Shown in pieces: positions 50,013-60,132 of a DNA stretch of 64,000 bases (positions are counted from its first letter, which is position 1; the number at the start of each line of letters is the position of its first letter). The DNA comes from Thermodesulfobacteriota bacterium. GTDB lineage: Bacteria; Desulfobacterota_D; UBA1144; Nemesobacterales; UBA2774. The translations under genes were made by a program, and so were the position numbers. The notes beneath the pieces are model-generated. The model worked only from the letters and a program-made list of their open reading frames with translations. It was not told the origin of the DNA and ran no database searches. The stretch covers positions 320,001 to 384,000 of the forward strand of contig OZ244991.1 in the NCBI GenBank assembly GCA_965223335.1, given 5' to 3'.

Positions 50013-50322
50013 ATCCTCATCCTCTGTACCGAAAAACCAAGGTGTGCGGTCTATATCAAATAAGATACTTGAACAGACTCAAAGTGGAATACTGGGTTAT
50101 GAAAATAAGGTGAATTCCACAGCCCGGCACCACAGCTTAATAACCAGTACAAAATTATGATTAATTAATTGACTAGATCACAAGATCGGATATTTTGTAT
50201 ATATACCAAGGTAAAATCTTCTGTGTAAATGTTAGAGACAAATAAATTAATTTCAGGGTAATCTCTATACCCAGCCGAAGAAAAACCAATACAAATCCAC
50301 ACTCAAAACCGGAGAACATAGA

Positions 50323-52746
50323 ATGTTTATAGAGATAAAACGAATGAGGGAATATAACGCACCGCAGTTTTTTCTATATATAATTGTAGCTGTACTGCTT
50401 GTTTCTGGGTTTGCATACCCAAACCAGGCACTTGCTGATGACGAGTACGAAATCAGTAGACTATTTGCAGCAACTGAGGACCCCGACCCCAAAGTACGCG
50501 CCAAAGCACTCCAGCAGATCTCGAAATTAGACGCCCAAGAGCATATACCCGCGCTCATAGAACTTTTGAACAATAACGATGAAATATATACCATAAACAA
50601 TGTCTTGGGTGCTCTGGGATCAATGGGCAAAGCCTCGGAGGCACAGGTCCCTATAATTGCAAAGTACTTAACACACGAGGATAAACGTACCAGGAGTACC
50701 GCACTACAGGCGCTTGGACAAATAGGCCGACTGAGCAACAAACAAGCCGCCCCGCTTATAGCACTGCTTAAAGACCCCAATGTTGCAATAAGGATGGCCG
50801 CTTCGAGACAGATAGGTTCCAACCCCGATATTTTTAAGCAGCACTTACCCAAGATAGTAAAATTGCTAGGCGACGAGAACCCCGATATAAAAACGGCAGC
50901 ACTAGTTGCATTAGGACAGCTAGGCACCGTATCGTCGGGCTATAAATCCAAGATTGCAAAACTCACACAAGACGAAAACCCCACGGTCCGTTCAAGTGCG
51001 GCTGTGGCACTGGCCGCTATCGGAAACCTTTCTGAGAGCCAGCTCGATACAATTGTACAACTCACCAACGACAAGGAGAGTTCGGTTAAGGTCCAGGCCA
51101 TCAATTCACTTGGGATACTAGGGAAAGAAGCCTCGGCCCAGGCACCAATCGTAATAAGCAACCTTAAGGACAGCAGGAAAAAAGTGCGTTTCGCCGCTAC
51201 CGATGCGTTGGGAAAGATTGCGAAACAAGACCCTGAGGTCACTAAATCCGTTGCTAAACTCCTCACAAACCAAAACTACTCAACCCGAGCATTGGGTCTG
51301 ATAGCACTCAGTGATGTGGGTGAATCGGCAGGGGCTTACGCCGGGGACGTTGCCAAGAACCTTAAGGACCCCAATATGATAGTCCGTACCTCAGCCCTAT
51401 CTGTACTATCCAGTATCGGGGAGCAGGGTTATGAGTACGCGCCCGATGTGGCAGCGCTACTGGAATCAGAAAATACAAACTTGGCAAAAATCGCTTTGAG
51501 CACATTAATAAACATGAAAGGTCCAGCTGGTGATTATGCCTCCAACTACTCAGCCCTCTTAACCACACACGACAAACTGCTCAGACTAAACGCCGCCATT
51601 GCTTTGGCCAGCATAGGGGACAAAGCAATCCCGGAAATCCCCAATATAGTAGAGTTATTGAAAAACCGCGAGATAAAATTTAGAAAAATGGCCTCTTACA
51701 CCTTGGGGCGTATGGGTGAGCACGCTTCTAGTGCTGGGCCAATAATCGCAGAGCTACTCAGCGATCCTAACCCCGTGATTCGCTCCTCGGCACTCGATGC
51801 ACTCGGTAAAATGGGTAAACACGCCACAGATCAAGTCCCGTCCATCACCCCGCTTCTAGACGATCCCGATAGAGACGTTCGAGCCGATGCGGCGCTAGCA
51901 CTAGGTCTCATAGGCTCGCTAACCGATGCACAAATCGACTCCATTGCCAATCTTCTTAATGATAAAGAGAGGGTTGTGCGTGCGAATGCAGCCGAGGCAC
52001 TGGGCAACCTAAACAAGTCGGCATCGGGCCATGCCCAAGAAGTAGCGGCACTGCTTAATGACCCCTACCCCCTTGCCAACACAAATGCCGCAAGGACACT
52101 TGGGAGTATAGGTATTGCCGACCCCGAGATAACAAACGCTCTAGGTCAATTCATTAAATCAAAATCAAACGACTCCGTAACTTACAGAGAAGCGCTCAAC
52201 GCTGCGCTCGAGTCCCTCAGCTCTCTCGGCAACAGTGCAAATGAGCAGTCAAAGATAATTGCATCTGTGCTCTATGACCCTGAAGCGGTCATACACCCTC
52301 AAGCAAGACTCACACTACAAGACATTGCCCCCCTAGACGATGACACAGTGCTCATGATACTGGGACTCACACACAAATACCCCCCGCAAACTGCCGATAT
52401 TAGAGTGCTTGCGTACAAGATTGCAGGTGATGACCCCGACACTCTTATTCTCATCAAATGGCTTGGCAGCAGCAAAAACGAGGCTACCGCAGAACTTGCG
52501 AAAGATGAAAGAATAAAAATCATTGAGGTTCTGTCTGCAAAGCTACCTAATAGTGTAATGACCAAAGAACTAAGAGACGAAACCGCCGCTAGAATCTCGA
52601 GCCTGATTGAAACCGGCACGGCGAAATGGGCAGCCGAGGACATCGAAACAGTAGAGTCCGCAGAAACACTCCTTAGGCAGAACGGATACGTAGAGCTGGC
52701 CGATAAAGCTGCTGTTACAATTGAGAGCGTGACTAAAAACAATTAG
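50323..52746 (+). CDS. Exported HEAT-repeat (PBS lyase-like) protein
   Basis: Signal peptide (..NQALA); many LL.D.N..VR..AA.ALG..G repeats. Confidence 0.9.
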   Translation: MFIEIKRMREYNAPQFFLYIIVAVLLVSGFAYPNQALADDEYEISRLFAATEDPDPKVRAKALQQISKLDAQEHIPALIELLNNNDEIYTINNVLGALGSMGKASEAQVPIIAKYLTHEDKRTRSTALQALGQIGRLSNKQAAPLIALLKDPNVAIRMAASRQIGSNPDIFKQHLPKIVKLLGDENPDIKTAALVALGQLGTVSSGYKSKIAKLTQDENPTVRSSAAVALAAIGNLSESQLDTIVQLTNDKESSVKVQAINSLGILGKEASAQAPIVISNLKDSRKKVRFAATDALGKIAKQDPEVTKSVAKLLTNQNYSTRALGLIALSDVGESAGAYAGDVAKNLKDPNMIVRTSALSVLSSIGEQGYEYAPDVAALLESENTNLAKIALSTLINMKGPAGDYASNYSALLTTHDKLLRLNAAIALASIGDKAIPEIPNIVELLKNREIKFRKMASYTLGRMGEHASSAGPIIAELLSDPNPVIRSSALDALGKMGKHATDQVPSITPLLDDPDRDVRADAALALGLIGSLTDAQIDSIANLLNDKERVVRANAAEALGNLNKSASGHAQEVAALLNDPYPLANTNAARTLGSIGIADPEITNALGQFIKSKSNDSVTYREALNAALESLSSLGNSANEQSKIIASVLYDPEAVIHPQARLTLQDIAPLDDDTVLMILGLTHKYPPQTADIRVLAYKIAGDDPDTLILIKWLGSSKNEATAELAKDERIKIIEVLSAKLPNSVMTKELRDETAARISSLIETGTAKWAAEDIETVESAETLLRQNGYVELADKAAVTIESVTKNN

Positions 52747-52805
52747 TATCGCCCCTAATTTCCCAAACAGACTTACTACCAGGTATCATTACCCGGTCAA
52801 TCAAT

Positions 52806-52836
52806 TAGAGCCCCGAGACGACTAATCCGGGCTCTA
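52806..52836 (+). terminator. Hairpin, possible terminator
   Basis: TAGAGCCC...GGGCTCTA stem after the HEAT gene; weak U tract. Confidence 0.45.
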
Positions 52837-52882
52837 TATCTTAATTTGCCCTTAATCGACACATTAATATTTAGGTAACAAT

Positions 52883-54145
52883 ATGCAGGAAAGAAAAACT
52901 TTTTACGGATGGTATATAGTTGCAGCATCACTGTTTTTAATCATGCTCGACGGTATGCTGCTATATTCGTTCGGGGTTTTCCTGCCCTATCTAAATGACG
53001 ACTTCGGTATGTCTCGTGGAGTGGGGTCGTCTCTGTTCTCATTCAGATCACTAGTGCTTGCGTTCTCTCTCACACTCGCGGGTAAGCTCGTAGATAAATA
53101 CGACCCGAGGGCGGTTATATTCGGCGGTGGGCTAATAACCGCTTTTGGCATGTTCATGTCGGGCTATGCAACCACGGTGTGGGAACTCTATCTATACTAC
53201 GGATTTGTAGTAGGACTCGGCGACGGTGTCCTATACATAACATGTGTAGCTATTGTAAGCAGGTGGTTTGTAAAAAGAAGGGCATTTGCAATCGGAATTG
53301 TAACCACAGGTGTACCGCTTAGCGGGTTGATTACAAATCCGCTTACAGCTTGGCTCATAAACGATTTCGGATTTAGAAACGCTCTTTTTATCATAGCCGG
53401 GATAGTGCTTCTGGTAAGTTTAAACGCATTTGTACTCAGGGGATACCCGCACGAAAAGAACCTTAAACCCTACGGGGCTTCAGATGATGATGACCTTCAT
53501 ACCGACGAGAGCGGTGTCAAGGTTAAAACCCGTGACTGGACTTTCACCGAAGCGATACGCTCCTCGAGCTTTTGGGTCCTCTATTCTATGTACCTGCTCA
53601 GTTTTATAACATTTATTATTGTTGTGACACAGTTTTATAATTTCGAGATAGACGTAGGAATATCTGCACTGGCCGCTGCAGGCCCGCCCGCAGCCATAGG
53701 AATAGGAAGCATCATAGGACGTGTGGTACTCTCGGGGCTATTAACTGAGATGATTGATAGCCGAAAAGTGCTATTCATCTGCTATATATTCCAAGGGAGT
53801 TCAATCCTCTTGCTGCTTACCCTCGATCAAATATGGGCTTTTTATATATTCGGTATCATGTTCGGGTTTTTCTATAGCGGCTGTGTTCCCATATTCCCCA
53901 ATCTATTGGGCCAGTACTTTGGCCTTGCCGCTTTAGGTACAATATATGGATTCTTCGGCACATCATACTCCATATCCGCCATATCGGGTCCAATTATTGC
54001 CGGTACTATTCACGACATAACAGGCAGTTACAACTATGCATTCATATTCGCGATGGTCTGCTGCTATCTGGCGGCCGCAGCTAGTTTTTTTGTGAAAGCC
54101 CCCAGGAAAAAAGCCCTAATAGAAACAGAACCCACATACTCATAA
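52883..54145 (+). CDS. MFS transporter (monocarboxylate/OFA-like)
   Basis: FYGWYIV, YSFGVF, GKLVDKYDPR, RWFVKRRAFAIGI, G.IHDITGSY; about 12 TM. Confidence 0.92.
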   Translation: MQERKTFYGWYIVAASLFLIMLDGMLLYSFGVFLPYLNDDFGMSRGVGSSLFSFRSLVLAFSLTLAGKLVDKYDPRAVIFGGGLITAFGMFMSGYATTVWELYLYYGFVVGLGDGVLYITCVAIVSRWFVKRRAFAIGIVTTGVPLSGLITNPLTAWLINDFGFRNALFIIAGIVLLVSLNAFVLRGYPHEKNLKPYGASDDDDLHTDESGVKVKTRDWTFTEAIRSSSFWVLYSMYLLSFITFIIVVTQFYNFEIDVGISALAAAGPPAAIGIGSIIGRVVLSGLLTEMIDSRKVLFICYIFQGSSILLLLTLDQIWAFYIFGIMFGFFYSGCVPIFPNLLGQYFGLAALGTIYGFFGTSYSISAISGPIIAGTIHDITGSYNYAFIFAMVCCYLAAAASFFVKAPRKKALIETEPTYS

Positions 54146-54213
54146 AATTACTTAGAGGATATAACTAAGTTGTGTTTAGGCTTGTTTAATAAGTCCTGTA
54201 AAATTAAATAGCA

Positions 54214-55680
54214 ATGCCAACCCATTCAACTGAACTCGAAAACCTATTAAGACACATACTAAAAGAATCCTACCATGACCACGGGGGTCTGGTACTTAAA
54301 ACCGATTATAAATCCATTTTTGAATCCGCACCCGAATACTCCGATCCAAGCACCTTCATCTCATTTAGCGCTAGCGACTCGGGGCCCACGGATGCTCCGG
54401 CGAATTCAGCCCAGAGACTTTACCGAAACCTCATATCCGATCTCTACCTCGATAGCGGGACATCAAATTATCAAGACGAACTAAAATCTTACGAGACCAG
54501 CGAGAGTTATTCCATCGACCAACGCCGGATAACGTTTCGCCAATCTACTGAGGCAATTAAGGAGAGCCCCAAAAAAAACAGCAGACAAGAGATTGAAAAC
54601 TATCGTGAGCAAACACATAACAAATGGAATCGGATCAAGACAAAATGGTTAGAAGCCCTATACAAACGACTAGACGACATAGGGCTAGGCGGTAGAAACC
54701 CCTACTTTGAAATGAAGACCGGGTTAAATCTCGATCAACTCCGAGCTAGTGCCTCGAGCTTTCTTAATCAGACCGAGTATGTGTATAAAGACCTGCTAAG
54801 ATGGTTCCTCAAGAAAAAATTGGGGTTGGATATAAAGAGTGCCAAGAACCACGACCTCATTTGCCTGCTAAATTCATTTGAACTAGAAGGCCAATTCCCC
54901 AATACTAGAGCCGCTGCTTTCATCGCAAAATTCTTAGACCCGCTTTTTATCGACTCAGAAAACATAACTATTGACGATGCCAAGAGGTCCAACAAAATCC
55001 CAAAACCCGTTTCATTTCCACTGGACCCGCCTTCTCAGATCATCATGAGTATCTATCCCCAAAATGGTATCGAGTTCTACGAATCGCTTCTAAGCTCGCT
55101 TGGAACCTCTCTATGCTACTCATTTGCGAACAAAGATTATGCCTATCTAAATAGGGTGCTTAGAGACGGTCTTGTTCTGTCCACAATTGGTGAACTACTC
55201 CAAGACCTAGCGTACAAACCCCTTTGGCTTAAGAAATATATGCACCTCGACCTACAAAAGGACTTTAAGAACTTCCTCTACCTAAGAAAGCTTGCCCGAG
55301 TGCGCAGCACAGCAGGTCACCTGCTGTACGAACTAACGCTTAATAGCGACATTGACCCCGACAGCTCCGCCCGATACGTAGAAATGATGGGACAGGCAAC
55401 CCTCTGCCAATGCAACGAATTCGATTACCTGATTGAGATAGATAAGGATATCGCCCCTGCATACAAATTCGCAGGAATGCAGCTCTCGGCAGTGATGCAC
55501 AAGGTGCTCAAGGAATCATTTGATGAGCAGTGGTGGCGCACACCGGAAGCAGGCACCTACCTCAAGAATATATGGGACAAGGGTGGGGATTACGGCATCT
55601 CAGATCTACTTGATGCATTGGATATAGATCGCCCCAAAATAGACCCCGTCGTTAACACCTTCGAAGAGGTGCTGGGATAA
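54214..55680 (+). CDS. M3-oligopeptidase-like protein lacking HEXXH
   Basis: ITIDDAKRSNKIPKPVSFPLDPP..I, LKESFDEQWWR.PEAG.YL..IW..G resemble M3-type peptidases; expected HExxH reads SSLGT. Confidence 0.6.
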   Translation: MPTHSTELENLLRHILKESYHDHGGLVLKTDYKSIFESAPEYSDPSTFISFSASDSGPTDAPANSAQRLYRNLISDLYLDSGTSNYQDELKSYETSESYSIDQRRITFRQSTEAIKESPKKNSRQEIENYREQTHNKWNRIKTKWLEALYKRLDDIGLGGRNPYFEMKTGLNLDQLRASASSFLNQTEYVYKDLLRWFLKKKLGLDIKSAKNHDLICLLNSFELEGQFPNTRAAAFIAKFLDPLFIDSENITIDDAKRSNKIPKPVSFPLDPPSQIIMSIYPQNGIEFYESLLSSLGTSLCYSFANKDYAYLNRVLRDGLVLSTIGELLQDLAYKPLWLKKYMHLDLQKDFKNFLYLRKLARVRSTAGHLLYELTLNSDIDPDSSARYVEMMGQATLCQCNEFDYLIEIDKDIAPAYKFAGMQLSAVMHKVLKESFDEQWWRTPEAGTYLKNIWDKGGDYGISDLLDALDIDRPKIDPVVNTFEEVLG

Positions 55681-55715
55681 AGATTGCATTGCCCCTAAGA
55701 CTTCATCTGTAAGTT

Positions 55716-56711
55716 CTAAGGGTTTAGAATCACCTTGCCGAACTGTGTTTTATCCTCTAGCATCTTCTGTGCTGCTATAGCCTCGGATAGAGGGAATTTC
55801 TTATCGATCACAGGCTTTATGTTGCCGAGAGATACCAAGTTAATGACATTTACCAGGTTGCTGCGGGGTGCGTTAAACACAGTTACTCCAAGCACCGATA
55901 TATCCCGCATTATTACCGGGCCGAAATTAAAGGTGGTCTGTCCACCCCCAACGACACCGACCAAAAGCAATCGGCCCCCTCCGCAGAGGGACTTGAGGTT
56001 ATTATCCCAATGTGCTGCCCCAACCAGATCAAATATTACATCAACGCCTCTTTTGTCAGTAATGTTTTTGACCTCTTCGGCAAAGTCAGCGGTTTTATAG
56101 TTTATTGTATAGTCAGCCCCAATAGCCTTTACCTTCTCTAATTTTTCATCGCTTCCTGCCGTAGCAATCACCGTGGCACCACCCTCTTTAGCCACCTGTA
56201 CCGCAGCACTGCCCGTCCCGCTGCCCGCAGCATGCACCAAGACAGTCTCACCCTTCTCTAACCCGCCCCTATTAAAGAGCCCGTACCAGGCAGTCACATA
56301 ACCTACTGGCAACACCGCCGCATCATCAAACGACAGGTCATCCGGGATGGGAACAACATTACTGGAAGGCACTGCCACGTACTCTGCAAACCCCCCATAG
56401 AGGTTGACCCCTACTACCTGAAACCCTTTACCGACCCTTATCGTGGGGTCTATCAATACCCTTGTACCCTCTTTTAGGTCCTGGACATTCTTGCCGACCG
56501 CAGCTACCTCACCCGCAATATCTATCCCGCCTATATGCGGCAGGTCCACCGGCCTTGGCGACTTCCCCGACCGCAGCCTTAGATCCAAGTGGTTAAGCGC
56601 CACTGCCCTAACACGGACCAATGCTTCATCGTCACCGATCTCTGGATCCGGCACATCTTCGAATTTCAATACATCTACATCACCGACTTCATGATAACGG
56701 ATCGCTTTCAT
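55716..56711 (-). CDS. Medium-chain dehydrogenase/reductase (quinone oxidoreductase-like)
   Basis: MKAIRY, ALNHLD, PHIGGID.AG, VLVHAAGSGTG, GKVIL; ATG at 56711 with SD AGGAGG. Confidence 0.92.
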   Translation of the reverse strand: MKAIRYHEVGDVDVLKFEDVPDPEIGDDEALVRVRAVALNHLDLRLRSGKSPRPVDLPHIGGIDIAGEVAAVGKNVQDLKEGTRVLIDPTIRVGKGFQVVGVNLYGGFAEYVAVPSSNVVPIPDDLSFDDAAVLPVGYVTAWYGLFNRGGLEKGETVLVHAAGSGTGSAAVQVAKEGGATVIATAGSDEKLEKVKAIGADYTINYKTADFAEEVKNITDKRGVDVIFDLVGAAHWDNNLKSLCGGGRLLLVGVVGGGQTTFNFGPVIMRDISVLGVTVFNAPRSNLVNVINLVSLGNIKPVIDKKFPLSEAIAAQKMLEDKTQFGKVILNP

Positions 56712-56820
56712 AACCCACTGCCTCCTGGTCAAAATTGGTATGAATCCACACTATTTTACACAGTTTTCAATAAGTTGGACAATTGAAGACACCCCTATCC
56801 TATGATACCTTTTCTTTGTT

Positions 56821-57084
56821 ATGTTTGGCGTAGGCACAACAGAGATTGCTATCATATTACTAATAGCACTTTTGGTACTGGGGCCCAAAGAGATCCCCAA
56901 AATCGCACGTACACTCGGGCGGGGGCTTAGGGAAATCGAGAGGGCAAAGGACGAACTAAAAGAGAGCATCGAGTTCGATATTGAAGAGGATAACAAAAAA
57001 GAGGTAAAAGAGCCCGAGTCCGCACAACCCAAAGACACAAACCACACTAAATACGAAGACAACCTGGATGAACTCACAAAGTGA
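56821..57084 (+). CDS. TatA/TatB family protein (TatB-like)
   Basis: MFGVGTTEI..ILLIALLVLGPKEIPKIARTLGR. Confidence 0.88.
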   Translation: MFGVGTTEIAIILLIALLVLGPKEIPKIARTLGRGLREIERAKDELKESIEFDIEEDNKKEVKEPESAQPKDTNHTKYEDNLDELTK

Positions 57085-57119
57085 GTTCAACTAAAAATTA
57101 GATATATAGTACTATCCGT

Positions 57120-58958
57120 TCAAAATGCCTGGCCGATACTTATGAAGAACTGCACTCTTCTAATTCCCGGCTCCGGGTTAAGCGCATAACCGACATCGAA
57201 GCGCACAGGCCCTATTATCGTATCGTACCGCAGCCCTGCCCCAGGTGCATACTTTAAATTGTTGAATTGAAAGTCCCACTCCTTGGTAAACACGTTACCG
57301 TAATCCAAAAACGCCACACCCCCGAAGTCCCCGTAAATAGGGAACCTAACCTCAAAACTGCCCACAAATAGCGTATTACCACCTAGGGGATCGTTATTTT
57401 GATCGAGCGGCCCTAGTTTTTGAAACGGGAAGCCCCTCATGCTGGTGCTACCCCCTGCAAAAAACCGCTTGAATATAGGAATGTCTAGGGTGCCGGTGGA
57501 CCCGAAAGGCTGAATCACACCAGTAGTAAGCCGTTTGGCAAACACCACGTTGTAGAGCTTCTTATAACCCCTAAGCTCTATGGTCCCTTTCAGGTAATTC
57601 ACATCCGAGGCCAATGCGGTAAATGACGATTCCAACCCCGTAGACACAACACTACCTCGTGTGGGGTTGAGCAAGCTGTCTGTGGTGTCGCGCTCAAGGC
57701 CAAAGTTAAAGAACGTTAAGAAAAAGTTCTCTCTACTTTGCTCCTCAGGAGTCCTGGATGCACTGTTTTCCACTTTTGAAAACTGGATATTGAAAGAGCC
57801 GAAAGAGCTGTAGTATTTTTTAAAATCCTTACTGAATCTACCAGAACTGAGAAAGCTTTGACCTGTAAAACTAGGCACGTCATCACGCTGAAAATTAAGG
57901 CTTGCGGACAACTCCGAGTCCCTACCCCACACAAAGGGCTGGAATATGGCGGCCTCGACCCTCTGTGTAATAAACGAGAACTTCCCCGACAGTTCAAACC
58001 TCCTACCGTCTCCAAAAAAATTCCTCTGTGTCCATATGATCTGTCCCCTCAGTTTATCCTCTGTACCAAATCCACCCCCTACTTTGATACTGCCCAGCTT
58101 GCGCTCTTTTACCGATATGATGATATTGGCAATATTTTCCTCGTCCTCATATTCGGTATCAATTACAACAGATCTAAATAGCCCCAACTGAAATATCTTA
58201 GCCTGAGTCTCGTTTACCTTCTCTGCGGAGTAACTCTCACCCTTTTTATATGTAGCCTCGCGGTTTACAATATATGCCTTAACCCTCTTGTTGCCTCTAA
58301 TCTTGGTAACACCGAAATTGTACGATTCACCCGGTTCGACATTAAATTTAACTTTTGCCCATTTCTCGCGTCGGTTTACAAGGGCTTCACCTTTAATATC
58401 CGATTTTGGGTAGCCGTCGTTGGCCAAGACCTCGGACATTACATTCTTGGTCTGCTGATATGCATTGGGAGAAAAAACCTTGCCCTCCTTAAGTGGTATT
58501 GCCGATCGAATCTCCTTTTGAATCTCTTTGTCCAGAGCTCGAATTCCCAGGTTGAGTTTAGTAAGCTCTATAGGCTCTCCTTCATCGATATCTATCTCGA
58601 TCTTCACCCTGGTTTTATCTTTGTTGTATTCAAGCTTATAGGTGACTTGCGCATCGTAGTACCCATTGTTTGCGTAGAGCCGCTTAATACGCACCAGGTC
58701 GTCTTTTAAAATCTCCTCGTCGAATTCGGGTTTTTTTGCCCAGGGTTTTATAGAGGGGAAATCGGTGCCAATACTCTCCTGAATATCCTCTTTCGTTACC
58801 GCTTCTCCGCCTTTGATCTTAAGCTTGGATATCCTGACCGAAGGGATTTGATCCTCTGCTGTTTCTTGGTTTTCCTGCGACAACAAGCTCTTGGGGAGCA
58901 GGAAAAAAGCAAACAACATTATGATAATGACTATAAATTTAGAGTTAGCGTTAATCAT
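57120..58958 (-). CDS. Omp85 family outer-membrane assembly protein (about 3 POTRA, TamA/BamA-like)
   Basis: POTRA motifs (LYANNGYYDA, GN..V...I.RE), RFFAGG.TSMRGF, GPVRFDVGY, ISIGQAF. Confidence 0.92.
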   Translation of the reverse strand: MINANSKFIVIIIMLFAFFLLPKSLLSQENQETAEDQIPSVRISKLKIKGGEAVTKEDIQESIGTDFPSIKPWAKKPEFDEEILKDDLVRIKRLYANNGYYDAQVTYKLEYNKDKTRVKIEIDIDEGEPIELTKLNLGIRALDKEIQKEIRSAIPLKEGKVFSPNAYQQTKNVMSEVLANDGYPKSDIKGEALVNRREKWAKVKFNVEPGESYNFGVTKIRGNKRVKAYIVNREATYKKGESYSAEKVNETQAKIFQLGLFRSVVIDTEYEDEENIANIIISVKERKLGSIKVGGGFGTEDKLRGQIIWTQRNFFGDGRRFELSGKFSFITQRVEAAIFQPFVWGRDSELSASLNFQRDDVPSFTGQSFLSSGRFSKDFKKYYSSFGSFNIQFSKVENSASRTPEEQSRENFFLTFFNFGLERDTTDSLLNPTRGSVVSTGLESSFTALASDVNYLKGTIELRGYKKLYNVVFAKRLTTGVIQPFGSTGTLDIPIFKRFFAGGSTSMRGFPFQKLGPLDQNNDPLGGNTLFVGSFEVRFPIYGDFGGVAFLDYGNVFTKEWDFQFNNLKYAPGAGLRYDTIIGPVRFDVGYALNPEPGIRRVQFFISIGQAF

Positions 58959-59193
58959 GTAACGAACTAGAATAGTAAGTGTGAAGTATACTACTTGAAG
59001 TAGATTGAACTTTTATTATGCTCAGCTTGCTTTAATATGCAAGTAAAACTTTCTTAAGCCTACATTTAATAACTATTTTATTCACAAAACAATCGCACCG
59101 ACCCGCTTGACAATCACGTATCCATGTCTTTATACTCACTTTTGCAAATAACATAAATCCCATATGCATTAACGAATAGCACCACCCATAACT

Positions 59194-60132
59194 ATGGAAA
59201 AGTTAGGCGGCATATTCAACCCAAGTTCTTCTGAGATGGAAGCGATGGCTGCTCTAACCAACTACACCATATTCATCACAGCCGCTATTTTACTAATAAT
59301 AGTCGTAGCCCTTGTATATATCATAATTCGTTTCAGGCATACTTCCGGCGATAATACAGAGCCGTATCAAGATTTCGGCAGTCTCAAACTGGAAATCACA
59401 TGGACTGTCATACCCATAATTATAGTTGCGGCACTGTTTTTTCTGACCGTAAAAACGATGCATGCCGTAGACCCTCCGACCAGGGGCAAGGAGCCCGACC
59501 TGGTGGTCATAGGTCACCAGTGGTGGTGGGAGCTCTACTACCCCAAATCGGGTGTTTTGACCGCAAACGAAGTACACATCCCCGCGGGCAAGAAGCTTTT
59601 GGTCCGCCTCGAATCCATAGACGTTATTCACGATTTCTGGATACCGGAACTGGCCCGCAAAATCGACCTCGTTCCCGGCCATCCCAATCACATATGGATT
59701 GAAGCGTCCGAGCCCGGTGTGTACTTGGGTGCGTGTGCCGAGTTCTGTGGCACACAACACGCCAACATGCGCATAAAAGTAATTGCTCAAACCCAAGAAG
59801 AATTTGATACATGGGAAAAAGAGGAACTAAAAGTACCGCCCTCCCCCTCATCGGGCGAAGCACAGCTAGGCGCAGAACTGTTCCAGAGCAAGGCATGTAT
59901 GAACTGCCATACAATACTCGGTACCGGAGCATCCGCCAGGGTGGGCCCCAGCCTCACCCACCTAGCCAATAGAACAACCATAGGTGCCGGAGTGCTAAGT
60001 TATTCACCCGAGAACCTGGCAAAATGGCTTCTTAACCCGGAGGCCTATAAACCGGGGTCACTAATGCCCAACATGAAACTCACCGAAGCAGAAGTAAAAG
60101 CACTAGTAGCTTATTTAGGAGGGCTTAAATGA
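59194..60132 (+). CDS. ctaC: Cytochrome c oxidase subunit II with fused cytochrome c (caa3 type)
   Basis: GHQWWW, DVIHDFW, CAEFCGTQHANM (CuA), CMNCH heme c, KPGSLMP. Confidence 0.96.
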   Translation: MEKLGGIFNPSSSEMEAMAALTNYTIFITAAILLIIVVALVYIIIRFRHTSGDNTEPYQDFGSLKLEITWTVIPIIIVAALFFLTVKTMHAVDPPTRGKEPDLVVIGHQWWWELYYPKSGVLTANEVHIPAGKKLLVRLESIDVIHDFWIPELARKIDLVPGHPNHIWIEASEPGVYLGACAEFCGTQHANMRIKVIAQTQEEFDTWEKEELKVPPSPSSGEAQLGAELFQSKACMNCHTILGTGASARVGPSLTHLANRTTIGAGVLSYSPENLAKWLLNPEAYKPGSLMPNMKLTEAEVKALVAYLGGLK

